Of a stretch of 64,000 nucleotides of DNA, positions 10,278 to 19,933 are shown one piece after another; the stretch's first letter is position 1; every line of letters begins with the position of its first letter. The stretch is from a virus (lineage: Duplodnaviria > Heunggongvirae > Uroviricota > Caudoviricetes), in the IMG/VR virus record IMGVR_UViG_3300035210_000151, one strand, 5' to 3'. The notes below the pieces were generated by a model. It worked only from the letters and a program-made list of their open reading frames with translations, made no database searches and was not told where the DNA came from. The position numbers and the translations under genes were made by a program.

Positions 10278-10928
10278 ATGAAAACATCTACGGCTTATGC
10301 TTCGGAAAATACAATCTCTACCCGATTGTATAATTTTATCATTGGTGCTGTATTGCTGTATGGTTTTTTGATGAACGTTTTTATCGTTAAAACCGTTCCA
10401 GTAGCCAGTCTGTTGTCCATCAATATTTGGGTTTTCTTGATTGGTTATTTTGCAAGCTGCTTGTTTGGTATTTATTTGTTTACTAAATCTGATAACGCTC
10501 TTGTCAGTTTTATCGGGTTTAACTTTGTGGCAGTGCCATTTGGTTTGATTGTGAATATGGTCACTTCACAGTATTCACCTGAGCTGGTTATCAATGCCAT
10601 GCAGGTTACAACAGTGGTTACGTGTATCATGATGGTGTTGGGCACTGCCTATCCTAAGTTCTTTGAAAGTATTGCATCAGGTCTGTTTTGGGGTTTGCTG
10701 GCATCTATCATTGCTGAATTGATTTTGACCTTTGTGTTTAAAATGGACTTGGGCATTATGGATTGGATTATTGCCGCTATCTTCTGTGGTTACATCGGTT
10801 ATGATTGGGGTAAGGCTTCTGCACTCCCTAAAACAGTCGATAACGCCGTAGACTCAGCAGCCGCTCTGTATATGGATATTATCAACCTGTTCTTGCGAAT
10901 CCTCAGTATTATGGGCAAGAAAGACTGA
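10278..10928 (+). CDS. integral membrane protein (about 6 TM helices)
   Basis: 216 aa with multiple long hydrophobic stretches. SD TGGAG. Confidence 0.65.
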   Translation: MKTSTAYASENTISTRLYNFIIGAVLLYGFLMNVFIVKTVPVASLLSINIWVFLIGYFASCLFGIYLFTKSDNALVSFIGFNFVAVPFGLIVNMVTSQYSPELVINAMQVTTVVTCIMMVLGTAYPKFFESIASGLFWGLLASIIAELILTFVFKMDLGIMDWIIAAIFCGYIGYDWGKASALPKTVDNAVDSAAALYMDIINLFLRILSIMGKKD

Positions 10929-10945
10929 TAAAATGAGTAATGTTT

Positions 10946-10972
10946 ACGGATGGCTTCGGCCATCCGTTTTTA
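10946..10972 (+). terminator. rho-independent terminator
   Basis: acggatggcttcggccatccgt hairpin plus T-tract. Confidence 0.7.
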
Positions 10973-10993
10973 TATCTAATGGAGTAATTTTTG

Positions 10994-11725
10994 ATGAATG
11001 AAATCATTGATGAAGAAAAAAAGAAGAATTGTCCAATTAATGGACTACTTGATTATTTCGTTAGTAATTTTACTGACAAAAATTATGAGTATGGAAGAGA
11101 TCAAATGGGCATCTGTCGGTATCCTTTAAATTCTGAAGGTAAGCGTATTGTGGAGCAACTTGAAGAAGATCGCTTTACTTATGGTTTGGATGGTTGCACA
11201 GCCATTAAGTCTGAATCAATTGTTCCTTTTCGTAAAGGTGATACACCAAGTTCTATTTATTTTAATATTTCGACAAAATATGATGATATTTATTCTGAAC
11301 ATTTTGGTGATTTGTCGTCTCCAATGATAGATTTATTTGTAGAACATACCAATAACCACTTAGATTTAATTAATCAAAAGAAAATTTCAGACGATTATCA
11401 ATTTCTTATATGTAAAGACTTTTCATATGATGCGATATTTAAATATGATCAAATCACCCAAAAAATTACAAGAGTTTTATCTATTGTTTTTAGAAGAAAC
11501 AATACATCATCCGAACAAAATCGTAACGTTCATTGTATTACTGACAACATATTAACCACTCAGGCTACATTAAAACACATGGATAGTGAGTTTTTTAATC
11601 GTTATTACAAAGAAAAAATAAAAGAAGCCTATCCCGATTTGAGTTATGAACAAGTGTATGAGTTATTGGATCTTTCAAAATGGAATGAACATTTAAAATC
11701 TCTTGTAAAAATGACATACTATTGA
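10994..11725 (+). CDS. hypothetical protein, family C (1 of 4 tandem); tail ...LVKMTYY
   Basis: Track start is a TTG. ATG at 10994 with SD TGGAG. Shared block YEYGRDQMGICRYPLNSEGKRI. Confidence 0.65.
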   Translation: MNEIIDEEKKKNCPINGLLDYFVSNFTDKNYEYGRDQMGICRYPLNSEGKRIVEQLEEDRFTYGLDGCTAIKSESIVPFRKGDTPSSIYFNISTKYDDIYSEHFGDLSSPMIDLFVEHTNNHLDLINQKKISDDYQFLICKDFSYDAIFKYDQITQKITRVLSIVFRRNNTSSEQNRNVHCITDNILTTQATLKHMDSEFFNRYYKEKIKEAYPDLSYEQVYELLDLSKWNEHLKSLVKMTYY

Positions 11726-11759
11726 TATAATTAATTAAATAAAAAAAGGCTTATTTCTT

Positions 11760-12452
11760 ATGATAAAAGCAAGCATGTATGGAAATGACAATAAGTTAAA
11801 AGAACTGGGTCACTTATTTTCTAAATTTTCGAATCAAGACTATCAATATGGGCAGGATGGATTGTCTGTTGTCCGTTATCCACTCACCCCTGATGGTAAG
11901 CGAATTCATATGTATGAAGTTAATCGCTGGGATGGGGATATTCGTGGCTATGACAAGTCTTACAACGTTGCAAATATCATTACATCTAACTGGGATTATG
12001 ATTTTGATGTTTCTTTTGTTTTAACATCGGAGCAAAATGATAACGGAAAACCTATTAAGTTTGATTATCTCTACAAATTTCATTCTAATGAGTTTTTCGT
12101 TCGGTTGAAAAAACACTTAAAACTTTTGAATGATTCTCCTGAAATGCATAGAAAACGCGAATTGGTTGAGTTTGAATCTACCCGATTTAAAGTGTCTATA
12201 TTCTATCGTTATGATATTTCTACTAAAATTGTTAGCCGTTGTGCAGAGCTTAAGTTTAAAGCCTTCAATGGAATGCTGGAACATAGGATTACTGTTCTTA
12301 ATGATGATCATAGATTTTTAGCAGCAATGGATGAAATGGAGCAGGAATTTCAAGAGCGTTATTATCGTAATATAATTGAACGTAAAAAAATTGAACGTGG
12401 TTCTTTTTTAAATAAAACCGAACAAAATCTTATTAAAATGGTTTATTACTAA
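11760..12452 (+). CDS. hypothetical protein, family C paralog; tail ...LIKMVYY
   Basis: 230 aa. Block YQYGQDGLSVVRYPLTPDGKRI. Confidence 0.65.
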   Translation: MIKASMYGNDNKLKELGHLFSKFSNQDYQYGQDGLSVVRYPLTPDGKRIHMYEVNRWDGDIRGYDKSYNVANIITSNWDYDFDVSFVLTSEQNDNGKPIKFDYLYKFHSNEFFVRLKKHLKLLNDSPEMHRKRELVEFESTRFKVSIFYRYDISTKIVSRCAELKFKAFNGMLEHRITVLNDDHRFLAAMDEMEQEFQERYYRNIIERKKIERGSFLNKTEQNLIKMVYY

Positions 12453-12456
12453 TATT

Positions 12457-13125
12457 ATGGATATAGGAAAATTTGAATTACCTGATAATATGGCGTCCTT
12501 TAACTACTACTTAAAGCACTCAGCCAGCAATGTGAATTATAGATATCAAATATCTGCGGGGTACACTATTGTTCAGGAAGCTTTAAATACAGATGGCACG
12601 CCAAAAATAAGGGCAGGTTATGATAGGTATCATGCTATTGGTAATCTTACTTATTTTCAACATGACTCTGAGCATGAGTGTTCTTTCGACATAAAACCCA
12701 ATCTATTATCAAAAAAAGAATCGCCTAGAAAAGTCTATTTTGAGAATGTTGATGATTATTATGCCAAACAATTTTTCAAATTGATTACCAATCATCTTCG
12801 TCTTATAAATATGGGAGACGAAATCAATAAAAAGAAAAATCCAGTGTATGCTAACCTTGATCATATCGAAATTTATCCAGTCTATGTTTATCATTCATTA
12901 CATGGAAATATCTATCAAAAAATAATTGTAAAATTTAAAAAGAATAAAGAGTTCCCAGAGCTTTATATTATTGTAAAAAATAATGCCTATAGTTTTGAGA
13001 ATGCAGTTAAAATGATTGACAATGAATTTTTTATTAGATACTATTCACAACTTATTGAGAAAAAGGACACGACAGAGAAGCTTACTAAATCAGAAAAGCA
13101 AATCGTTAAGATGTATTACTATTGA
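12457..13125 (+). CDS. hypothetical protein, family C paralog; tail ...IVKMYYY
   Basis: 222 aa. Same architecture as its paralogs; closely coupled to the upstream gene. Confidence 0.6.
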   Translation: MDIGKFELPDNMASFNYYLKHSASNVNYRYQISAGYTIVQEALNTDGTPKIRAGYDRYHAIGNLTYFQHDSEHECSFDIKPNLLSKKESPRKVYFENVDDYYAKQFFKLITNHLRLINMGDEINKKKNPVYANLDHIEIYPVYVYHSLHGNIYQKIIVKFKKNKEFPELYIIVKNNAYSFENAVKMIDNEFFIRYYSQLIEKKDTTEKLTKSEKQIVKMYYY

Positions 13126-13134
13126 GGGCTTTTT

Positions 13135-13755
13135 ATGATTAAGGATTTTAACCGTTTTTTAAGAGATAAATTAGACAACCAGAAACACACTTACACACAT
13201 TGTGAAGGTGAAATATATCGTCATTCTAATCAAATAACATTTGATAAAGCCATGAGTGAAAATAACTTTATTATTGTGGGTGAAGCTTTTTTCCATCTTG
13301 ATAAAGAGACGGTAGACCAATATGACATGTTTTTCATGAATACTGTAAAATTTAATTCAAAAGCGATGGCTGAGCATAATTTAATCATGGACTACTCTGA
13401 ACACATTCAGACTCGAAAACTATTTTTAGCTTTCTTGGAAAATGTTCGTCTCATTGAAAAACATAAAAGACATCCAGATAAGTATACATTAGAGACAAAA
13501 AGTTTTTATTATAGTAATGTATTTTATTTTAGATCTGACAACAGTAAGCCGCTCGCATTACCTTACTTAACGATGCAAACGCCAACAGGATACATTCAAC
13601 TTGAATTCAATCACAATCAACTTCAAAATGTCAATGAACAAATAAGGGTTATCAATGAAACCTTCCGAGAGTATTATTTTAAACACGTTCTTGATAAGAC
13701 GGTTACTGAGATGTCTGACGATGAAAAGAAAGCTGTGATTATGTTTTATCAATAG
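13135..13755 (+). CDS. hypothetical protein, family C paralog; tail ...AVIMFYQ
   Basis: 206 aa with SD GAGGG. Confidence 0.6.
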   Translation: MIKDFNRFLRDKLDNQKHTYTHCEGEIYRHSNQITFDKAMSENNFIIVGEAFFHLDKETVDQYDMFFMNTVKFNSKAMAEHNLIMDYSEHIQTRKLFLAFLENVRLIEKHKRHPDKYTLETKSFYYSNVFYFRSDNSKPLALPYLTMQTPTGYIQLEFNHNQLQNVNEQIRVINETFREYYFKHVLDKTVTEMSDDEKKAVIMFYQ

Positions 13756-13756
13756 A

Positions 13757-13781
13757 AAAAGAGGCCGAAGCCTCTTTAATT
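13757..13781. terminator. bidirectional terminator between convergent genes
   Basis: aaagaggccgaagcctcttt hairpin flanked by A/T tracts. Confidence 0.65.
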
Positions 13782-13798
13782 CTCAGTGGTGTTGATTG

Positions 13799-14977
13799 TT
13801 ATGGTTTAATTTCTCTAACTTCTTTGACAGAACCACGATTGACGACAAAACTAATCACACCTTCACTGTCATATTTACTTTGTTCAGCTTCACCGACTAC
13901 AATAATCTCAGGAACACCGCGTTCTTTCCAGTATCGGATCTTCTTCCCTAATGAATCAGCACTTTGATCCAGCTTAGATGATTTCTTATCCAGATGAGAA
14001 AATACGACCTTTGCATACTCCATAGATTTTTCGGATACTGGAATAACCACTGATTTCATAGGGTGTAAGAAGTCAGGTATGTCTTTACCAAAGGACTCCA
14101 ACAAGATCCCTATCATGCGTTCAAGTGAACCTAATACGGCATGGTGGAGAATAATAGGACGCTTAGGTTTGTTATCGGCATCAATGTATTCAAGTCCAAA
14201 CCGTTCTGGAAGAACATAATCGAGCTGTATCACACCTAATTGCCATGATCTACCGAGTTTGTCTTCGACTTGGAGTTCAAGTTTCGGGCCATAGAAAGCC
14301 CCGTCATTTTCGTTCTCTACGAAATCAAGGTTATTCATTCTGCAGGCTTCTCGTAAGGCTTCTTCTGCTTTATCCCATAAGCTGTCATCACCAAATCTTT
14401 TCTCTGGACGTAAAGCAATGGCGTATTTAATCTTTTTGAATCCGAGTTCTTCATATGCTTTCTGGCTCATCTGTATGTATTGATTGACCGAACTGATTAG
14501 ATTTTCTTCGTTCACAAACACATGACTATCATCCTGACAAAATTGTCTTTGTCTGAATAATACTTGTAAAGCACCAGACGCTTCATTACGAAACACTTCA
14601 CCAAATTCAAATATTGGTAATGGGAGTTCACGGTAGCTTCTTTTTTCTGATTGGTATATTAGGATATGGTTGGGACAGCTCATAGGACGGAGAGCGTAGT
14701 TACTGGCTTCTGATGAATTGAGAAAGAACATGTTGTCTTTGTATTTATCCATATGACCAGATTGTTCAAATAAGCTAGGTACCACAATAGATGGACTCTT
14801 AACTTCAAGATAACCGGCGTCTTCATGGTGTTTACGGATAAAAGATTTTAAATTCTCATACAATTTAAGACCTTCTGGTTTCCAGTAAACAACACCTGCA
14901 CTTTCAGCCAACATGAATAAGTTCATTTCTTTGGCAACTTGCATGTATCTCTTTTCTTCGTTTAATTTGTCGTTCAT
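13799..14977 (-). CDS. thrS: threonyl-tRNA synthetase-like, catalytic plus anticodon-binding domains only
   Basis: 392 aa. Class II motif 2/3 blocks are homologous to the ThrRS core (SCPNH, FRNEASGALQVLFRQRQFCQDDSHVF, ILHHAVLGSLER). The three ThrRS zinc ligands (Cys, His, His) are retained. Lacks the roughly 240 aa N-terminal TGS/editing region. SD AGGGGAAA. Confidence 0.85.
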   Translation of the reverse strand: MNDKLNEEKRYMQVAKEMNLFMLAESAGVVYWKPEGLKLYENLKSFIRKHHEDAGYLEVKSPSIVVPSLFEQSGHMDKYKDNMFFLNSSEASNYALRPMSCPNHILIYQSEKRSYRELPLPIFEFGEVFRNEASGALQVLFRQRQFCQDDSHVFVNEENLISSVNQYIQMSQKAYEELGFKKIKYAIALRPEKRFGDDSLWDKAEEALREACRMNNLDFVENENDGAFYGPKLELQVEDKLGRSWQLGVIQLDYVLPERFGLEYIDADNKPKRPIILHHAVLGSLERMIGILLESFGKDIPDFLHPMKSVVIPVSEKSMEYAKVVFSHLDKKSSKLDQSADSLGKKIRYWKERGVPEIIVVGEAEQSKYDSEGVISFVVNRGSVKEVREIKP

Positions 14978-15026
14978 TTTATTTCCCCTTGATGGTTTAG
15001 TTTGTGTTAATCATTTATTTTTGACA

Positions 15027-15054
15027 TAAAAAAACCCAGCCGTTTAGCTGGGTT
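15027..15054 (-). terminator. rho-independent terminator for the gene at 15213..15512
   Basis: cccagctaaacggctggg hairpin followed by a T-run on the minus strand. Confidence 0.6.
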
Positions 15055-15212
15055 TGTGTGGTTCCGATTATTTTAAGACAGCAACAATCGACCAGCCCAG
15101 CTATTGAACTGAGTTGTTGTAGTCGTTGTGTTTGCTGCAAATAATTTCATCTGAATTTTCTCCAATTACTTATATTGTGATCTTTATTTTCAAAAATGTC
15201 AACTATTATTTT

Positions 15213-15512
15213 TTAATCTATTGGTTTATTGGTTTCGTATTTTTTTATTTCTTTTCCATAAAAATAACTTATTATAAAAAATATTGTTGGAATAATTACA
15301 CCAATAACCCATCCTGCAACCAAACTCCAAAAAAGCCATGTTTCGTGCTTGTTAAACAAAGGATAGTCGATTAACTGATAATAATAATAAGTGAGAAAAG
15401 ACATAACAACAAATCCAACAATTGCGTCAATAGATGTAGTCATTTTAAAATCTTCAGCCTCAGTTTTTTCCTTAGTTAAATCTTCTTCTGTTATTTTTTC
15501 TAGTTTATTCAT
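15213..15512 (-). CDS. small membrane protein (2 TM)
   Basis: Track start is a TTG. ATG at 15512 (MNKLEK) with SD TGGAG. Two hydrophobic helices. Confidence 0.5.
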   Translation of the reverse strand: MNKLEKITEEDLTKEKTEAEDFKMTTSIDAIVGFVVMSFLTYYYYQLIDYPLFNKHETWLFWSLVAGWVIGVIIPTIFFIISYFYGKEIKKYETNKPID

Positions 15513-15739
15513 TTTATACTCCAATATCGTTGTTTTAGCTTAGCTTATTTTAATTATTAAACAAGTAATTTTAAACAAAAAAGAATATAATTAACTATAA
15601 AATCATCTATTGTCAACTTTGACGTTACAATAAGCTGTTTATCTTTTTTCATTGTCTTGCGTTGTTAACTTTGTTGAAGACTTGTTGTTAAAACTTAATT
15701 TTTATGTTATTATAGTGTTCTTATTAGGAGAATATAATC

Positions 15740-16123
15740 ATGCTTCCAAAATTTATCTCAGATCTGTTGTGGCCTGAAATTGTTCCTTTACCTACTGCAT
15801 TGGTTGAAACCTACCGAGTAGAAGTTGACGCCATCTTAACTGCATGTAATGTTCCCGGTTTTAAGGTGTCTGACAATACTAAAATTTCTAGTTTATTCTA
15901 TACATCAAGTCATAGTGCAATGACTATTGGCATGAGTCCGAGAACTTATACTGAAAGTCAGTTGAACGATAATAAAATGGATGCTTTGAAAGCTTTCGCT
16001 GAGGTTGTTAAACTGTTTGATGGTGTATCTCTTGTTTCGCTTGAAGATAAAGTGGTTAATCTAGCCAAATATTTGCACGAATATAAACTTACCATAGAAA
16101 TGGAAAAAGAATCGGTTGAATAG
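15740..16123 (+). CDS. hypothetical protein
   Basis: 127 aa with SD TAGGAGAA. Confidence 0.55.
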   Translation: MLPKFISDLLWPEIVPLPTALVETYRVEVDAILTACNVPGFKVSDNTKISSLFYTSSHSAMTIGMSPRTYTESQLNDNKMDALKAFAEVVKLFDGVSLVSLEDKVVNLAKYLHEYKLTIEMEKESVE

Positions 16124-16131
16124 TTCTTTTT

Positions 16132-16842
16132 TTAAATATAAACCATATCTTTAACTTTAAAGTAATCCAATAATTCTTCATTTTTATTATTGATAATGTT
16201 GTTTATGTAGTATTCAATATTATCAATATCTTCATCATTTGCACTGTAATATAAGAGTGTAATCAAATAATCTAGTTGTGTATGGTTAAAACTAATAAAG
16301 CCAGTCGTTGTATTATCATCTCCATCGTTTTGGATCTCAGTAGATAGAATTTCATTTTCTTTATTGATATTAAGCATAATTCTCATCTTCTTATTTTGAT
16401 TCTTGCCACCATAACGAATTGTTAAAAAATCTTGATTATTGAATGAAATTTGCATAATTACTACCTTAGATTTATACACTATAACAATAGTACTGTTTAC
16501 ATCATTAAACAAATGAATCTCGGCTTTCTTAAATTGTTCTGGTAGATTGTTTTCGTATTGTAATCCTAGGCGTTTATGAGCCTGTTCAAACATACCTTGA
16601 ACAAATTTATTATATATTTTTGAATTTTTGTTTTGTTCATCCGAATGTGTGGTATGATCTTTTCCATTAACAAGTGGTATTGTTAATGGTGTTGATTTAT
16701 CATTTGCTATGAGCATTTGATTCATGACTTTATGATAAGTATTGAAAAATACGTCAAAATAGTGTTGCATATTTGTAATATGATTTTCTAATAATATTTC
16801 AAATGCTGGTGGTGTGGCTATATCTATGGTGACATATTTCAT
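16132..16842 (-). CDS. hypothetical protein, family D (1 of 3 tandem); tail ...KVKDMVYI
   Basis: 236 aa. Shared block HTQLDYLITLLYY...EEIDNIExYIxxIxxxxxEELxDYFKVKxMxYI. Confidence 0.65.
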   Translation of the reverse strand: MKYVTIDIATPPAFEILLENHITNMQHYFDVFFNTYHKVMNQMLIANDKSTPLTIPLVNGKDHTTHSDEQNKNSKIYNKFVQGMFEQAHKRLGLQYENNLPEQFKKAEIHLFNDVNSTIVIVYKSKVVIMQISFNNQDFLTIRYGGKNQNKKMRIMLNINKENEILSTEIQNDGDDNTTTGFISFNHTQLDYLITLLYYSANDEDIDNIEYYINNIINNKNEELLDYFKVKDMVYI

Positions 16843-16857
16843 TTGAATAAACCTCTA

Positions 16858-17652
16858 TTAAATATAAATCATCTCTTTAAGTTTTATATAATTTATAAAA
16901 TCTTCATAGTTTTCTGCGAGAATATCATCGACGTATTTTTCTGTAATAAAATCAATTTCCTCACCATCAGCGTAGTGGCTGAGCACAATAAGATAATCTA
17001 ATTGTTGATGGTTTAAAGTAATCATATCTGTTTCATCTGATCGTGCATTATTAAAATTAAAGTAAACTTCTGTTGAGATAATTTCAGTGTTGTGATTAAT
17101 AGTAATGTCCAACATCATTTTATTGCTGTCACAACTATTTAGCATATAGACAATATTCAATCCATTTTTATCAAAATTTATACACATCATGATAGGTTTT
17201 GTAAAATAGGTGACACTTATCTTAGCATTGTCAAAAAAGTGAGAAAAAATAACGTCAGCTTTTTTATGATTGTCTTTAATATATTCCACAAATGTTAAAT
17301 TACTTCTAGCATGTGCCTTTTTAACAAGGTTCTCAATAAAATCCATGTAGACAGTAGAGTTCTGATTTTTTACATCTGTATATTCCGTGCAATCATCTTT
17401 ATCAGGAGCGTGATAAATTCGAACGTCAGCGAATTTTTTATTCGTTTCTTTTAGATATTGAGTAACTTTATCTTTAACATTTAAGCACGCTGAAAAATAA
17501 TATCTGATATTTGGGGTAATAATATCCAATAAATTTTTAAAATCTTCATTTTCTGTTTTTACAGTTAAATATTTGTTCTCAACACCCTTACTAGATGTCT
17601 CATCAAAGATATGTTTTGGACTGAGTTTTTTTATAATATATTGATTTGTCAT
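16858..17652 (-). CDS. hypothetical protein, family D paralog; tail ...KLKEMIYI
   Basis: 264 aa. Confidence 0.65.
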   Translation of the reverse strand: MTNQYIIKKLSPKHIFDETSSKGVENKYLTVKTENEDFKNLLDIITPNIRYYFSACLNVKDKVTQYLKETNKKFADVRIYHAPDKDDCTEYTDVKNQNSTVYMDFIENLVKKAHARSNLTFVEYIKDNHKKADVIFSHFFDNAKISVTYFTKPIMMCINFDKNGLNIVYMLNSCDSNKMMLDITINHNTEIISTEVYFNFNNARSDETDMITLNHQQLDYLIVLSHYADGEEIDFITEKYVDDILAENYEDFINYIKLKEMIYI

Positions 17653-18377
17653 ATGTAAGTCATCTCTTTTACTTTAAAATAATCAATTACATCTTTATAG
17701 TTTTCGGCTAACACCTTATCAATATATGGTTCTACATTAAAATCGTTCTCTTCGACCATGCCATAATGACATAAAGCAATAAGATAATCTAGCTGTTTAT
17801 GACTTAATTTTATCTTTTCTGGCTCTTTATAAATTTTACCATTAAAGTGAACAATTGTTGATAATATTTCATTATTTTCATTTATTTTTATTTCTATCAT
17901 CATTTTATTACTGTCATTATTGTTAATTTTGTAGACAATAACCAAACCAGTTTCAGTAAATGTAAAAAGAGTGCTAATTGTTTGAGTGTGATAATTTATT
18001 TCTATTTTTGGGCGATTGAATAGATAGCAAATATCCATATAACCTTTTCGAGCATTTGATGGTAAATGTTCATAATAATTGAGGTCATTTCTAGCATGAG
18101 ATTGTTTTAATAATTGACTAATGAAATTATAATATATTCTATCATCACGATTCTCGACATCACAATATTCACGGTGACTTCCTTTTTCTGGATTTGCATA
18201 CATATTAATCATATCAATGTGTATACCTGCCAGAATAAGTTTTTTAACAACTTCTTTAATTTTAGTTTCATTGTTAAACCAATTTGAAAAATAATAACTC
18301 ATATTAATTTGACTGACATCGAACAATTCATCAAATTCTAAAAGATCATTCTGGACTATTGTGTATTTTTCATTCAT
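17649..18377 (-). CDS. hypothetical protein, family D paralog; tail ...KVKEMTYI
   Basis: 242 aa; overlaps the downstream gene by 4 nt. Confidence 0.65.
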   Translation of the reverse strand: MNEKYTIVQNDLLEFDELFDVSQINMSYYFSNWFNNETKIKEVVKKLILAGIHIDMINMYANPEKGSHREYCDVENRDDRIYYNFISQLLKQSHARNDLNYYEHLPSNARKGYMDICYLFNRPKIEINYHTQTISTLFTFTETGLVIVYKINNNDSNKMMIEIKINENNEILSTIVHFNGKIYKEPEKIKLSHKQLDYLIALCHYGMVEENDFNVEPYIDKVLAENYKDVIDYFKVKEMTYI

Positions 18378-18394
18378 ATTTTAATTTTCCCTAA

Positions 18395-18428
18395 TAAAAA
18401 AATAAACCCCAAGTCTTCACAAGGGGCT
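18395..18428 (-). terminator. rho-independent terminator for the nucleotidyltransferase operon
   Basis: ccccttgtgaagacttgggg hairpin followed by a T-tract on the minus strand. Confidence 0.6.
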
Positions 18429-18434
18429 TTCAAA

Positions 18435-19529
18435 TCAAGCTTCTTTCATTTTTACAAGCATTTCCATTGCAATGTCTTTATAAGTTACTACAAATTCTTC
18501 AATGTCTGGAACACTTTTTTCAAGTGCTTTCAAATAATCACTGATTTCTTTGTTTTTCAACTCTGGCTTAAATTTCAAAAGACGCCCACCATTGAAATAT
18601 TCTTTGAAAACCTTACGGCGTTCAAGCATAGCCCAAGTATCCACCTCAGTTTGAGCAAATGTTGGGAAGAATGCGTAGACACGATCTTTCCATTTATCAC
18701 TGTCCATCGGTGTCTTGTCCTTGAAGTAACCCAGAGCATCTTGTTCCTCAATCCAATTCAAGAAACCATTATATGTTGGACGTTTACGGTCACGGGTACG
18801 TTGGGTATGGTTACGGTTCTCAAATGCATACAGGCTTGGGCTGAAATATCGGCTAGACGCTGCATATTCATAAATCTCCAAGAGGTTATCAAAACCAGCA
18901 TAATAACGCTCTTGTGAGTAACCAAAGAACTCCAAAGCTTCATCCCAATCATTCGTCAACACAACGCTTTCAAAGAGGTTATCACCATCCCTGAACAAAT
19001 AACGAAGACCATCATGACCATATTTCAAGAAACCATTAGAGCTGGCAACAACACCTACCAAGTTACCCAAATCGTTCCAGTTCAAATAAGAAGAATGAAA
19101 CTTATAATAAGCCCGCTCAGAAGCAATCAAATCAAGCTGGAAATAAACCGCTTCTTCATCCGAAGGCAGACCGATACTCATCACCATATCTTTTTTGTCT
19201 TTTGGTTTGTAAGGCAATGGGCCAGTGTGATTGAATTCCACACGAAGCATTTCCATCACTTCTTCATAAGGAACGAAGCTAAACAATTCACCATCTACCA
19301 GCAAATCGAGATCACCAAAAGTTTCTTTTTGACGATACGCTTTGACTTCATGGGGAGCATCAACAATGTGAGCACCCATAGAGTTTGCTTTTTCGATGGC
19401 AGCATTCAACACCTTGACAACTTTCGCCGTCAAGCTATCAAAATCTTTTTTATGGAGACGTTTCGATTGAACGCCAACTGGCTCAGGGTTGCCGTTTACT
19501 ACGGCAAGAGCTAATGCATTACCACCCAT
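18435..19529 (-). CDS. candidate Pol-beta-superfamily nucleotidyltransferase
   Basis: 364 aa. ...ETFGDLDLLVDGE resembles the Pol beta / MNT G-D-h-D-h-h-h metal-binding strand. No other diagnostic motif seen. Confidence 0.4.
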   Translation of the reverse strand: MGGNALALAVVNGNPEPVGVQSKRLHKKDFDSLTAKVVKVLNAAIEKANSMGAHIVDAPHEVKAYRQKETFGDLDLLVDGELFSFVPYEEVMEMLRVEFNHTGPLPYKPKDKKDMVMSIGLPSDEEAVYFQLDLIASERAYYKFHSSYLNWNDLGNLVGVVASSNGFLKYGHDGLRYLFRDGDNLFESVVLTNDWDEALEFFGYSQERYYAGFDNLLEIYEYAASSRYFSPSLYAFENRNHTQRTRDRKRPTYNGFLNWIEEQDALGYFKDKTPMDSDKWKDRVYAFFPTFAQTEVDTWAMLERRKVFKEYFNGGRLLKFKPELKNKEISDYLKALEKSVPDIEEFVVTYKDIAMEMLVKMKEA

Positions 19530-19582
19530 GATGATACTCCTTTTAAAATAATGACTTATTATATCATAAACCTATTAATAAA

Positions 19583-19903
19583 TCAAAGGATTAAAAAAGC
19601 ATCGTTCTCAAAATAATAGATAAACGCCATCAACAAATCGTCTACTGTTGCATTTTCTTTTTGATCTTTAACATTTAATACAATATCTTCAATGGTTGCA
19701 TTATCCAGTGTCACAATCCATGTTCCATCTCTTACTTCCAATGGCAGATATTCTTCTGAATCTGGTTCATAATTGCTGCTATCTTCTGTAAATGACCCAA
19801 TGGTATCTAACGTCCATGATTGATGGTCTATTGGCAGACAAAACCAGCCTTCTGGATTTTGGGTTGGATTATTTAAAATAGAACGTATTGTATATTTTCC
19901 CAT
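19583..19903 (-). CDS. hypothetical protein
   Basis: 106 aa ORF in the same minus-strand operon. Confidence 0.5.
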   Translation of the reverse strand: MGKYTIRSILNNPTQNPEGWFCLPIDHQSWTLDTIGSFTEDSSNYEPDSEEYLPLEVRDGTWIVTLDNATIEDIVLNVKDQKENATVDDLLMAFIYYFENDAFLIL

Positions 19904-19933
19904 GTCTCACTCTTTTTAAAAGTTAATTATTTA

